Assembly (NCBI RefSeq): GCF_001194135.2
Contig: NC_068984.1
Location: 61,484,492-61,548,491, forward strand
Source: Octopus bimaculoides
Taxonomy: Eukaryota
Length of the DNA: 64,000 nucleotides
Direction: 5' to 3'
Of the stretch, positions 1-11,363 are shown piece by piece. The notes below the pieces were generated by a model. That model saw only the letters and a list, made by a program, of their open reading frames with translations, was not told the DNA's origin and searched no databases. Each line of letters begins with the position of its first letter. Position 1 is the first letter of the stretch. Both the position numbers and the translations under genes were made by a program.

Positions 1-407
1 GTAGTTGTGTAAACATTAAGATGCATGTGTAGTTCTATGGGTATCAAAACGTATATATCATTGTGTACACGTTCGAGTGTATGCGTAATTATTCAATATA
101 TGTACTTACTATTTTGTTCCATTTCTTTTTTATATAGTTTGTAAACTTTCCGGTGTTGGTTTTGCGTGTGTGATCGCACCTGTTTCATTGAGACATCGTG
201 CATAGGAGGACCTGTGCTTTGTATTGCAGTGAAATTTCATTTTTTAAGAATAACAAATATTTAAAAAAAAAATTATCTTCGTTAAAAGACCGCTTCGTTC
301 AAATCTTCCACCGGTTCTGTTGCCTAATTCCATCGATGTTATTGGATTAGATATGTTTTTGTATAGGGAGCCCGGTGTACCACATCCATGTTGTGCTATT
401 ATTATTA

Positions 408-442
<35 letters not shown>

Positions 443-448
443 TTTAAA

Positions 449-665
449 GTGGCGAGCGGGCAGAATCGTTAGCACACCGGGCAAAATGCTTAGCGGTATA
501 TATTGTCCAACTTTACGTTTACGTTCTGAGTTCAAATTCTGCTGAGGTCGACTTTGCCTTTCATCCTTTCGTGGTCGATAAAATAAGTACTAGTCAAATA
601 CTGGATGGAGGTAATCGACTATTCCCTTCCCACTAATTTCAGGCCTGTGCCTATAGTAGAAAGGA
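449..665 (+). mobile_element. tRNA-derived SINE, family A
   Basis: Head GGCGAGCGGGCAGAATCGTTAG (A-box-like) and GAGTTCAAATTC (B-box-like); central GTCGACTTTGCCTTTCATCCTTTCG.GGTCGATAAAATAAGTAC; (ATT)n tail. The same sequence recurs about 11 times in the window. Confidence 0.9.
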
Positions 666-667
666 TT

Positions 668-1610
668 ATTATTATTGTTATTTAATGAAAACAGCTTATT
701 TTTCTGGGTATGAAAGAAAGTGTCAGCTGTCCACAGCCAGCAGACTAAGGTCACACTTATCTACTGATGAAACTTCAACAACACTGCGGAGAATTCTTGC
801 AGTTCCAAACAACTCTGATTTCTTTGGGTGTTCTATCTTTACATTCATACCAATTTTTTGAGCTACGTTCGTAGTTGAGTGAGGACATCTCGAAGCGCGT
901 CAATAACTACTGGTATCACGTCCACTCTCATCATTACCCACAACCAGCCTCCTTCCCACATCTTCGATCCTATTGGCACCGGGACATGATATGTCGATTA
1001 CCAGGCATGCTTTTTTTTCTTTTCTGTTCCCTACAGCAATTTTAGCTTTCCGATGTCTAATAAAATGGTCACAATCTATCATTGCGTCCCACAGAATCAG
1101 GATTTTCTAATCTTCATTCTCAGTAACTCCCTCTGGGATTTTGTCATACTACATCTTTGATCTTTGAAGGCCATTGTTTCCACAAAGCTCCCAATAAATC
1201 AGTCATGCCACATTGTCATGTCGTCGCTCTCAGTTGTGTCATCAATTCTGCATTTCACATAATTTATTCTCAGTCCTTGTGCTGCCGTGCATATAAATGC
1301 TTGTTTCTATCTTCAGGTCACTCTTCCGCATCCATAACTACAGGCTGTCTCTATATTTCTTGGAGCTCGTATCTTTTGTTAGTGTTCTTTTTCTTTAAGT
1401 TTTACATTCTTAACACAAGTATCAATTTCATGCAGGACTTCAACGATTCCATGCCATTTATACAAACCACCTAAGCTGTTTCCTCTGCTTCACCATAATC
1501 CCTGACAACTGATCAAACCTCTTCTACCCTTCATTCTGGACAAGTACAACCTACCAGTGTCACTCTTGGGGTGTAACACTCCAAGTACTGTCAACTGTTT
1601 GCGTGACTCT
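668..1610 (-). mobile_element. R4/Dong-like non-LTR retrotransposon remnant (RLE domain and 3' end)
   Basis: Minus-strand peptides VLHPKSDTGRLYLSR..GRRGL, ILWDAMIDCDHFIRH, KKACLVIDISCPGANRI and LLGTARILRSVL match the RLE-type C-terminus. It ends in ...CATACCCAGAAAAATAAGCTGTTTTC followed by an (AAT)n tail. Many stops and frameshifts. Confidence 0.85.
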
Positions 1611-1614
1611 TACT

Positions 1615-2560
1615 CATACCCATCAATTCTTTGTTTTGCTTATTTATGATTCCAGTTCCAGGCGGGAATGATGATATCGCCCGTGTATTTACTGCTTGGG
1701 TTTTATTCCATCCAGTCAATGTTGAGCGCTACCACATGCTTTCACTGAACTACTATGTGCTCGGGCTTTCTTCGGTGGTGTCAAAGTGCTTCATGTAGTG
1801 AGTGCGCAGAGCCTATCAGTGCTATTTTATGCGTTATACATATTCGTAAGTCCTGATGTTTTAGATATGTATTTGGCTGTATGATTTTTTAATCATGCCT
1901 AATGCGCCTAGTATTAAAGGGATTGTTTCTGTTTCCAGGCTTCATATTTAGGTTATCTCTATTTCTTTTTATTTTGATAGTTTATCCGCTTCTTTTAGAG
2001 AAACATTGCCATGTGTGAGGATTCCAATACCGATTAGAAGGCATTATTTTGTTGATAGTTTCTGACAACTATATCTGGCCTATTAGCTTTGATCCATCTA
2101 TCTGTGTGTTGGCACATCCTAGAGTATGGTTGCTTTGTTATTTTCTGAGATGTTTCCTGGGGTATGCCTATGCCATCTTTTTCTTTGTGGTCATTCCATA
2201 GTGTTGGCATGCATACAGACAAGAAACTTCGCAGAATAGGTGCAATTTTATACATTTCCAGACATTTCTTAATCCAGCTATGTGGTAGACTATCAAAAGT
2301 GTTTTTATATTCTATCCAGGCTATTGACAAGTTTTTGTGTCGTTTGGGAAGGCATTCAACCAGAAGTTAGGAATGTTATCCTTTCCGGGAGACTTCCATT
2401 TGCTTGACTTCCTGAGAGCAGATCTTACATCCTCTACCTTGATACACTCCTACTTTTGTTCTTCTAAAGATTCTAAGTCTGTAGATATTCTATTAATCCA
2501 TTGTGTGTTTTTACTTCTGCCCAAATTTTATTCCCACATTCCTGCACTTCTTCTTTAGAT
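1615..2560 (-). mobile_element. Second R4/Dong-like LINE remnant (internally deleted RT and RLE)
   Basis: Minus-strand peptides RKSSKWKSPGKDNIPNFWL, SIAWIEYKNTFDSLPHSWIKKCLEMYKI, WIKANRPDIVV and TIPLILGALGMIKK are typical R4/Dong RT and RLE motifs. Confidence 0.85.
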
Positions 2561-2784
2561 AGGACAGACTTAACCGTAACAAGTATTTTTCCTATATTCC
2601 TGTAAAACGTTTTCGGGTTATTTTTTAATATGTTGTTGTCTTTGAAGAATCAAACGCGATTTCATGCATTGTTATGCAGGCAGCTTTAGCACATACCTTT
2701 TTTTATGGTTTCTATGGTGGTATCGATGTCAAATATGGTTTCTATATTATATTTTTTAAAGTTTTGGATTTTTGTTGGATGATT

Positions 2785-2873
2785 GTTATTACTATTATTA
2801 TTATTATTATTATTATGATGATGATGATGATGAGAAAACCCACAGCTTATTTTGCTGGGTATGATGGAAAGTG

Positions 2874-2940
<67 letters not shown>

Positions 2941-2948
2941 TACTATTC
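2785..2948. repeat. (ATT)n/(ATG)n microsatellite containing a ~50-bp R4/Dong 3' tail
   Basis: ATT arrays flank GAGAAAACCCACAGCTTATTTTGCTGGGTATGATGGAAAGTGTC (about 2831-2875), the reverse complement of the tail seen at about 690-715 and 39040-39095. Confidence 0.85.
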
Positions 2949-2949
2949 A

Positions 2950-3110
2950 GGTAGCATGCAAGGAGAATCCTTAGTGTGCCCGACATTTCTTCCATCTTAC
3001 CTGTCATCGTTTCGGAATCGATAAAATAATTACCAATTGAGCACTGGAGTTGATGTACACGACTTACTCCTTCCACGTACTTACCGGTGTTCTGCCAAAA
3101 TTTGAAATCA
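2950..3110 (+). mobile_element. Degenerate family A SINE
   Basis: TTTCGGAATCGATAAAATAATTACCAATTGAGCACTGGAGTTGATGTA..GACTTACTCC...CCAAAATTTGAAATC matches the 3' half of family A. Confidence 0.65.
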
Positions 3111-3909
3111 TCATCATTATTATCATTGATAACAGTATTATGATTAAAGTTGTTGCCAATGCCCAATATTTATGCCACAAATTGCTGCAAAGATGTTGCA
3201 TGATTCTTGGTATGCAGAAACAATATTGTATAAAAGAGGAGCGTGTGTGTATGTGTGTGCGCGTGCGCCTCTATGTGTGTATGTGTATATGTAAAATCTG
3301 GTAAATCCATGGAGAATTGGGCGGTTATACGGCAAAATCGCTAGAGGCTTGGGAAACGTTTTTGTACTTATTCTGTTCAAAACAAAATGCAGGGCATATT
3401 CATCACGTTATAATTAATTTCTTCGCAGTTGTAATATATGTACAGTAGTCAAAAATGTTCTAAAGGTTTATAGTATAGAAGCAGTGAGCAAATGAAAGAA
3501 CCTGGAGGTGCTGGTTTGAAAAAATTAAACGTGCAGAATTTCAATTTGGTTTATGAATGAGCTAGAGATAGATAGATAAATAGAGAGAGTGGGAGAGAAA
3601 GAGAGAGAGCGAAAGAGAGAGAGAAAGAAGGATAGGGAAATTGAGTGAGTGAGAGAGATTTCATGGAAGTTAATGTCAACATTACGGCAATTCATAATAA
3701 TTTAAAGGAATTGAGAAATGTTTTCAAGTGAGGAAAATAAGTTCTTTAAGCTCTTACAGCAGCAGATTGTCACAAATATTTGACTGCAGTTAATAACTAC
3801 ATACACATAACCAAAAATAACCATTTTAAGAACCGGTTTACGACTGGAGAATGAAAACGCATTCTATACAGTATAATTAAGATCTGCAGGCAGAGATAAT
3901 CACTAATTA

Positions 3910-4461
3910 TGGATCACATAGATCGGACAGGCTGTCTGGTGCCGAGTCGACTCCGCTGGCCATAGCTTTTGCCCCATTCCCCTCGCACTCTCGCCACTCT
4001 CCTCCACATTGTTCCAAACATCTTTCTTAAATCAACTTCCCTCCTAACAGGAGGTCTTCTGAGTGGTCTCTTCCGTTTGCGCGGGTACAACTCGACAACT
4101 GCCCGGGTCCACCGATTGTCTGTGCACCTTGTGACATGACCGGCTCAGTGCAGCTTTGCGTGTGGATCTTGCGACAGATAAGAGCAGGATGGAAAGCTTT
4201 CAAATCGGTGAAGGATGTGCTGAAGACGGTCCTAGACAAGACAACTCGCGCCAATCTCTTCAACAGCACAGTCTTGCCAGCAAGGATATACTTATGTGAA
4301 ATTTGGGCATTGACAAAGAGAGAACAACATCATCTGCTTACGGTGCAGAGAGCCATGGAAAGGTCGATGTTGGGAATCTCACTAAGAGATCATATACAGA
4401 ACTAGGAGATCAGGGATAGAACTGGAGTGAGGGATGTCGTCGCAGAATGCCAACTGGCAAA
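3910..4461. mobile_element. RTE-clade LINE 3' remnant with an inverted 5' segment
   Basis: Plus strand about 4160-4461: QIRAGWKAFKSVKDVL...LFNSTVLPARIYLCEIWALTKREQHHLLTVQRAMERSMLGISLRDHIQN*EIRDRTGVRDVVAECQLAK. Minus strand 4159 to about 3915: AKLH*AGHVTRCTDNRWTRAVVELYPRKRKRPLRRPP. These are consecutive RTE C-terminal segments in opposite orientations. Confidence 0.85.
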
Positions 4462-4956
4462 AAAATGAGGATATACACAAGTAAATTTTGCTGTCAGGTA
4501 GAATAGAAAGAAATTATTCATTCCAGTACTTTAAAAGTCAAAGGTAGCAATCGCTTCTGATATCGGTTGTTATTTACTTCGCCACTAAAAGACTACTTTG
4601 GAGAGAAAATGTCTAGCTTTATTAAGTTGCAGATAATAGTCTATTTTTCATATAATATTCGAACTCACACTGTGCAATTCACTAGCAAATGTTCCTGAAT
4701 AAGTTTCATGGGGTAAAATGGCACACCTATGATATTTAAAAAAACTTGTACCACAAGATTATCACTTTTTTTTTTCAAATCTTAGCACAAAACATTTAGA
4801 CGGGAAAAGTATTGCCAGCAGCGTATATTTAATTCAAAACCGAATGAAGTTTTGAGATCAGGCATTACAAAGGACAGAATTGGTGGAAATAAAAACTTGT
4901 GAAATATTTCTTTGTCTTTCTCTCTCCCTCTCTCCTTGTATATATATATATCATAA

Positions 4957-5421
4957 CATATAATTGCCAAGCAAACGTAGCGTCCTATAGAAGACAGTGC
5001 TATTGACGTTTATAGCCCCAGCAAAACATCTCTTCTAGCTGGCTAACGACCCACTTTCTGTGTCCGATTAGTATTTGCGAAGAGGGGTCATCGCCCCCAT
5101 CTCTAGCTTTACGTGACACACATGGACTCGAGTTTCTGTGTGGTTGCCAGTTCTCAGCGTGTGTTAATCACAACCTAGTGATAAAAAACAATTATGTTAC
5201 GATTCCTTATTGCTACTGTTTATATCTCGCTCGAAGATTTAATATAGCTTATGTCTCCTATTGTCGCTGGAAAAAGCATATAATATTAGCTTGTGATTAA
5301 CACACGATGAAAATGGGTAACCGCTCAGAAACTCGCCAACTGGAAGAGATGTTTTGGAAGAGCTGTAAACGTCATTAGCACTGTCCTGTATAGGATACCA
5401 CGCTTGGTTGGCAACTATATG
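4957..5421. mobile_element. MITE-like element with ~90-bp imperfect terminal inverted repeats
   Basis: TTGCCAAGCAAACGTAGCGTCCTATAGAAGACAGTGCTATTGACGTTTATAGC...AAAACATCTCTTC at left is the reverse complement of about 5330-5421. A second inner IR pair lies at about 5142-5178 and 5287-5322. Confidence 0.75.
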
Positions 5422-5521
5422 GTACGACTTTGTACTGCTACTGTTTATATCTCACTCAGAGATTTAATATAGCTTTATATGCACACACACACGCACACAC
5501 ACACATACACACACACACACG

Positions 5522-5590
<69 letters not shown>

Positions 5591-5609
5591 TTTGCAAGAG
5601 GATTTCAAA

Positions 5610-5823
5610 TAATCTTTTCCATTATAGGTACAAGTCCTGAGATATTGGGAGAGTGGGGATAGTCGATTACATAGAACCCGGTGCTCCTCGGGTACTTAAT
5701 TTGTCGACCTGGAAAGACATAAACGGCAATGTAGAGAGCATGGCGGAATTTGAACGTGAAACTGGAAGAAATACCGCTAAGCATTTTGGCCGGCGTGCTA
5801 ACGATTCTGGCAGCTGGTCGCCT
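5610..5823 (-). mobile_element. Family A SINE
   Basis: Reverse-complement head ...GCTAAGCATTTTGGCCGGCGTGCTAACGATTCTGGCAGCTGGTCGCC and matching 3' part. Confidence 0.8.
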
Positions 5824-8800
5824 TAGCAATATATATAACATAGGGACATGTAGACAAACACGAAACATATTTGTATGCACGTTGCAGTATAAATGATTAC
5901 ATCACATGGAGAGCTAAAGAAAAAAATCTATATTAGAAAATGTGTATTTTTTTTAAATGCAGCTGAGTAAGAAAAACATTGTTTATTGTGAAGGACTAGA
6001 CCTAACTACACTTTAGTAATAGCGTTGCAGAAATTTTGTGATCCAAAGTGAAAATTCTATTTTATTTTTTTAAATGCAGAAACATAAATATTCTACAGCA
6101 GAAGCAGTTACAGTAAGCCTTATATAATACATGTAAAAAAAGAATTTTTTTAAATGTATTGCATTGCTTTATCAGCCATTGGCACGGTTATATGCAATTT
6201 ACAGAGCAAGATATTTTTCATGCAGACATATTGCCTACGTTCATTGAAGATGTTTGAACTAAACTGTCATTGACAAATGTAGATATTCTTATTGCATAAT
6301 ATAATTATTCAAGTTCTCATGTCAAGCAATAGATTCGTATGTTTTTCTTGGCTCTGTAGTTAATGCTACCTTGTGTTCTTTTTTTTTAGTGTTGTTATTT
6401 TATGCAGGCAGTTAGTATTTTATGTAGTGTTGGTCAACACACAAAAGCATCAGATACAACCTCTATGAAAATTTTTTCCATAACAGACACATTAAAAGTT
6501 TTCAGATATGAGGAATCATTTTTTACCTACTATCTGCTGATAGCAGTTCTTTCAAGATTCCTACGAATTCGACACACAACTAGCTTCAATATTTCTAAAT
6601 TTTTCATATCTTTTAATAAGGAAATCTTTGCAAAATCATAGCTATTAGCATTTTGTTACTCATTCACTGAAGCTTAACAAGTTCAACATATACTGAACGT
6701 GTCAAAGTCACGGTTTCTCATAATTAACGTGAAATGTGTAAAATAATATTCACCTCGTTGAAATAACATATTTTGAAGGTAAATGTCAGCATATATGAAG
6801 TAGAACTCAAACACCGAGGATTAAGCTTTCCGTGTTTCATTCCTATACCAAAACACTCAATTTTCAACATCATTGACTTGTTTCAAGATTTACTTCCGGC
6901 ATGGAAAGTATCGTTTACATCTACTGAAGATTAATTTCATTATAAGTTTCATACAAATGAAAAAAAAAATTAAAATAATAATAATAATAATAATTCCATT
7001 CCAACCTCAGTATTGTACTATTTTCAGTATTGATTTTTTTCTGTTTTTTGCACCTAGGATATTTTTTAATTATTTATCGTTGAGAACATTTGAAATGTAT
7101 AGAAAAATTGTGATTATGGAGAATAAAATTACATTCCTTTTTGATTTATTCATTTACTTGCAGTAGCAGAAAAACGCTAAATGATATTCCATACATTCGA
7201 TCCACAATTTGAATAATTGTTCTCATGTACTACGTCTAATGTGCCTTTGTAGCCATTATTCACCTAATAGGAATCACTCACTTTGTAAATAAATTTAGGT
7301 CATAACTACATAAATTTCCCCCCGCCTCAGAAAAATTTTCCTAATCTTTTTGAAAATGGGTATTTTTTAATGAAAATCATGGAAATATCAGAATTTGTTA
7401 TAAAATAATTTTCAGGGAGAGAGGAGAAGAGTTTCGGATAATTTAGAAAACGCAACTTTATTTCTCATAACTTCCATAAAATGCGGATAATTAAATGAGA
7501 TTAAAACTTCGGAAAACGGTGGTATAGTCCCCAAAATTTAAATATATCTATATATATATACGTGTATTCTAAATCATTAGAACGTGTGACGAAAGAAAGT
7601 GAGATGCATGAAATATCAGGCCCCACTCCACAATTCTTTTTACGTTAAACTCCAACACAGTTGTTATCTACATCATCTGAAACGCATTTGTTGAAAATTG
7701 CATTAATGATACTTATTTTTCAGAAAGATATGAGGAAACAAATGTCGGGTGTGAGGTACTTTTCAGTTGTTATGCCGACGCTATAATTATCTTAAACTGT
7801 ATTAGATAAACATTAGTTTTATGATTAAATCATGAATTTGAAAGTTTTAAAAATAATTAAAATTCTTGGAAAACAATTTTGATAAATAAAAAACTTATTG
7901 AAATAGGAATTTATAAGAATTTTCTAGTCTTTGCAGAGATTAACAATTGCTTTTTTTTGTAAAAGTTACATGACTGAATCTAATTGAAAAGCAGCTTTCT
8001 TCATCATAGTATAAATATCCTTGTTGGCTGAAGTGAAATTTGTTTCTTTAAGGATTTTTACCAGAGCAGTGAGTTGAATATTTTAAAGTAATATTTATTT
8101 ATTAACTAGGTAGTATCAACGTGACTACTCAACCTGATAGATACACCTACCAAATCTCCCCCAAATAATACAATGTTATCTCACAAGAAGAAGCACAACG
8201 CACATAGGATGAAGTAGTCATAAATAGGCAAAAAAGGCAAAGGTCATTCCAAGAACGTCTTTCATGATACAAAGAAATGTTGAGGTTAAATCGAAACAAA
8301 CCACTGATGCACATTAATTGATAACACTTTACTACGCTCACCATCGTACAGTATGACATAGGATAGTAAACCATAACGTTAAATTTCGAATTGCAATAGC
8401 AGAAAACGTATTGATACGTTACTTACGTGAGTTCCCATAATTTCTTGTGCTCTGGCAGAAGAAGAATCTGAAGTCATAAGTGTACACCTTCATTTGAGAG
8501 AGGCTTATGCATTATTTCGTCTTTTTCTTACAAATAAAAAGCACATGAACTCATTAACGTTTACTAACTTTCTGTATGATGTCACCTTATTGATGTGCTT
8601 CACAAAAAGAAGCATATTTCAATTCATTATTCTATGATATTTTATCGAGTTGGAATATATAAATAACAAAAATGCACATGGTGTACAAACCGAGATGAAT
8701 TGGTGAAAAAATTAGATTTCAGTGCTGCATCTTTTCGTATTTGTTTTTATTTAAATAAACAGTCAACCACCATTTGGTCAGTTACAGATGTAATGGAAAG

Positions 8801-10177
8801 GTGATACAATTTGTATTCGCTGTCTTGTTTTAAATGCACGCACGTACTTCTAGAAAATACCATATATCTGACAAGATGTATTTTGGAGCATATTAACATA
8901 AAGAAAATTATGAGGTTTACAAGAACCATTTTATATAGGTTACTGATAAATAAACGGTTTATTTTCCGACTGTTACACGTGGTAATGGAGGAAAGCAGAG
9001 AAAGAAACAGAAACAGCAGATAGGAAAGGCTGTGGTTAAAAAAAGACAACAAATTCAACATTATAAGTAGCTATGTGTTTAAGTATTAAGTGAACGAAAT
9101 TGTACTGAATAAGAAAATCTAGTATGTAACTCAGTATAAATATTGGTACTGATCAAAACTATTCTTATAATTTGCTTAGAGTATTTGTATCAGAGAGTTA
9201 GAGGATTACTTGCTAAACAAACTGCTGCAGCACTGCTGTAAACAAATACTCAGACATTCTTTATGCTTCTCTGTATTTCGATTTGGCAAAAGATCGTGTT
9301 TACTACAGGTCTTTTTTCTTTATTTACACGTCTGAAAGTAGAAACGCAATTCGCTTTGATTATACATGGGCAGGGATAGACATGAGGATTAATTATTTGT
9401 TAAAAGGAAGTAGTTCTACAATTTTTATCGGCAATTTGCACGTATATTTGTCTCATTCTCCACCATTCCAAACCTCCATTGTTGATGGTAGTATTTTCGA
9501 ATCATGAATTTTATTTTTTTTATTCAAATACAATAAGGATTTAAATTGTGTAATACTACCTGATGTTCGATGTTTCACATCATTTGCTCACGCACACCTC
9601 TATGCATAAATACTCACATACTCTCATGCATGCATTCATACATACATACATACACACACTCTCACAGTCACACTTATACCGGAAAAATTAAACTAATTCA
9701 ATATCGACTCTGACTCCATCCTTGCCCCGACACCATTACTTCTAGTTTATAATGAATTTTCACTCGACAATGCGGCCTCTGAAATATTTTGGGCAGTTAT
9801 AGAGTACTCTCTGATTGAAACTCTAGAAATTGTACGTAAACGTTATATCTGTTGCAGGACACCGTTTTAATTTGCAACACAATATTGGATTTCTGAAAAC
9901 AACTTTAGGCAAAATTTTCTTCAATTTTGATCTCTACACGCAATACAAACAATAACTGAAACAAAAGTTTTGATTAATTAGGTGTAGGAGTATCCATATT
10001 AGGTGGACATTTTGTTCAAGCATGTACTGTATACTATTTTTACAAATATGTACAATATATATTTATATAAATAACTGGCCGATAACAATTTTTTCCGAAA
10101 ATCCGTTAATATCTAGTTCCACACTTTCAAGAAATTGGAAACAAGTTTTCCCTTTTGCGCATGTGTTACACTGGAAC

Positions 10178-10389
10178 ACGAGAAGTTGCCGCAAAATTTA
10201 AATAATTTGTCCAATGAAAAAGCGTTTAATGCAATATATATAGTCTTCTCAAAATGCAAATAGAGGTAACTTTAAAACGATGAAATTCTTTTAAATGTTC
10301 TTTATATATAAACTGAACGTACACACACATATATATAAATATATGTGCATGCTTGTATATNNNNNNNNNNTATATATATTATATTATAT

Positions 10390-10432
<43 letters not shown>

Positions 10433-10781
10433 CTGATATTGTAAAATGACAAAGAATTTAAATTTTGCTCGTTAATATGAACAAATTGACAGATATCGAA
10501 CTATTCAAAGTCTCAACGAGCAAAATTTAAATTCTTTGTCATTTTATAATATCAGTTTATATATATATATAATATATGTATGTATGTGTGTGTGTGTGAG
10601 TACATATACAAGCAAGTACATATATTTATATATATGTGTGTGTACGTTGAGTTTAAATATAAAGTACATTTAAAAGAATTTCATCGTTTTAAAGTTACCT
10701 CTATTTGCATTTTGAGAAGGCTACATATATTGCATTAAACGATTTTTCATTGTACAAATTATTTAAATTTACGTTTCTCGT
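10178..10781. repeat. ~600-bp foldback palindrome (arms ~290 bp, spacer 41 bp)
   Basis: 10178-10473 is the near-perfect reverse complement of 10515-10781, including mirrored (TA)/(CA) tracts; scattered substitutions distinguish the arms. Confidence 0.9.
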
Positions 10782-11120
10782 CAGCGAACCATTTTCCTAT
10801 TATTTCACTAAAAATAGCTTTTTGACCTATCTTATTCGGCTATTAATATTTTGTTGAAATATTAGCTGAAGGCATTGTTCTTGAGAATGTCGTTGGTTTG
10901 CTTGAGAATGCTCTTCTGTAAATTATTAAATGTTATTTAGGAATCTGTTATACTTCTCTATGCTTTTCAGCATATTCCTCGCAGCTCTTGAGAAAGTTGT
11001 TCTTGTGTATGTCTTCGTCGAATTGTATTCGTATATTTTATGTATTTTTATCAGCTTCCATCATTCTCTGCGTCCTTGTCTACTTCTCTGTAAGGAATGT
11101 TGCATTTCTTATTAATATTT

Positions 11121-11325
11121 GAAGGCGGCGAACTGGCAGAAGCGTTAGCACGCGGGCGAAATGCGTTTCGGTATTTCATCTGTCTTTACGTTCTGAGTTT
11201 AAATTCCGCCTAGGTCGACTTTGCCTCACATCCCTTCAGGGTCGATTAATTAAGTACCATTTGGGTACTGATGTCAAGCCCATCCCAAAAGTTTCGGGCC
11301 TTGTGCTTAGAGTAGGAAAGAATAT
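11121..11325 (+). mobile_element. Family A SINE
   Basis: GAAGGCGGCGAACTGGCAGAAGCGTTAGCACGCG...GGTCGACTTTGCC...GGGCCTTGTGCTTAGAGTAGG. Confidence 0.9.
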
Positions 11326-11363
11326 TTGGTAATTCGTGTTTGGAAAAACAGTAATTAGAATTA

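Noticed and set aside
449-545. tRNA gene at the SINE heads
   Set aside because: A- and B-box-like motifs are present, but no cloverleaf is evident and each continues into SINE body sequence.
764-790. Other CTGANGA motifs (764, 24395, 50083, 56179 and others)
   Set aside because: None has a stem II followed by GAAA, stem III and an NUH triplet, so they are not hammerheads.
2674-3166. Poly-Y, poly-N and poly-H ORFs (also 347-535 and 39031-39313)
   Set aside because: These are translations of (ATT)n/(ATG)n microsatellites.
7724-7755. Isolated plus-strand AG...GT micro-exon candidates (also about 22529-22573, 26883-26961 and 53354-53420)
   Set aside because: Splice-like signals arise often by chance in AT-rich DNA, and these give no recognisable peptide or consistent chain.
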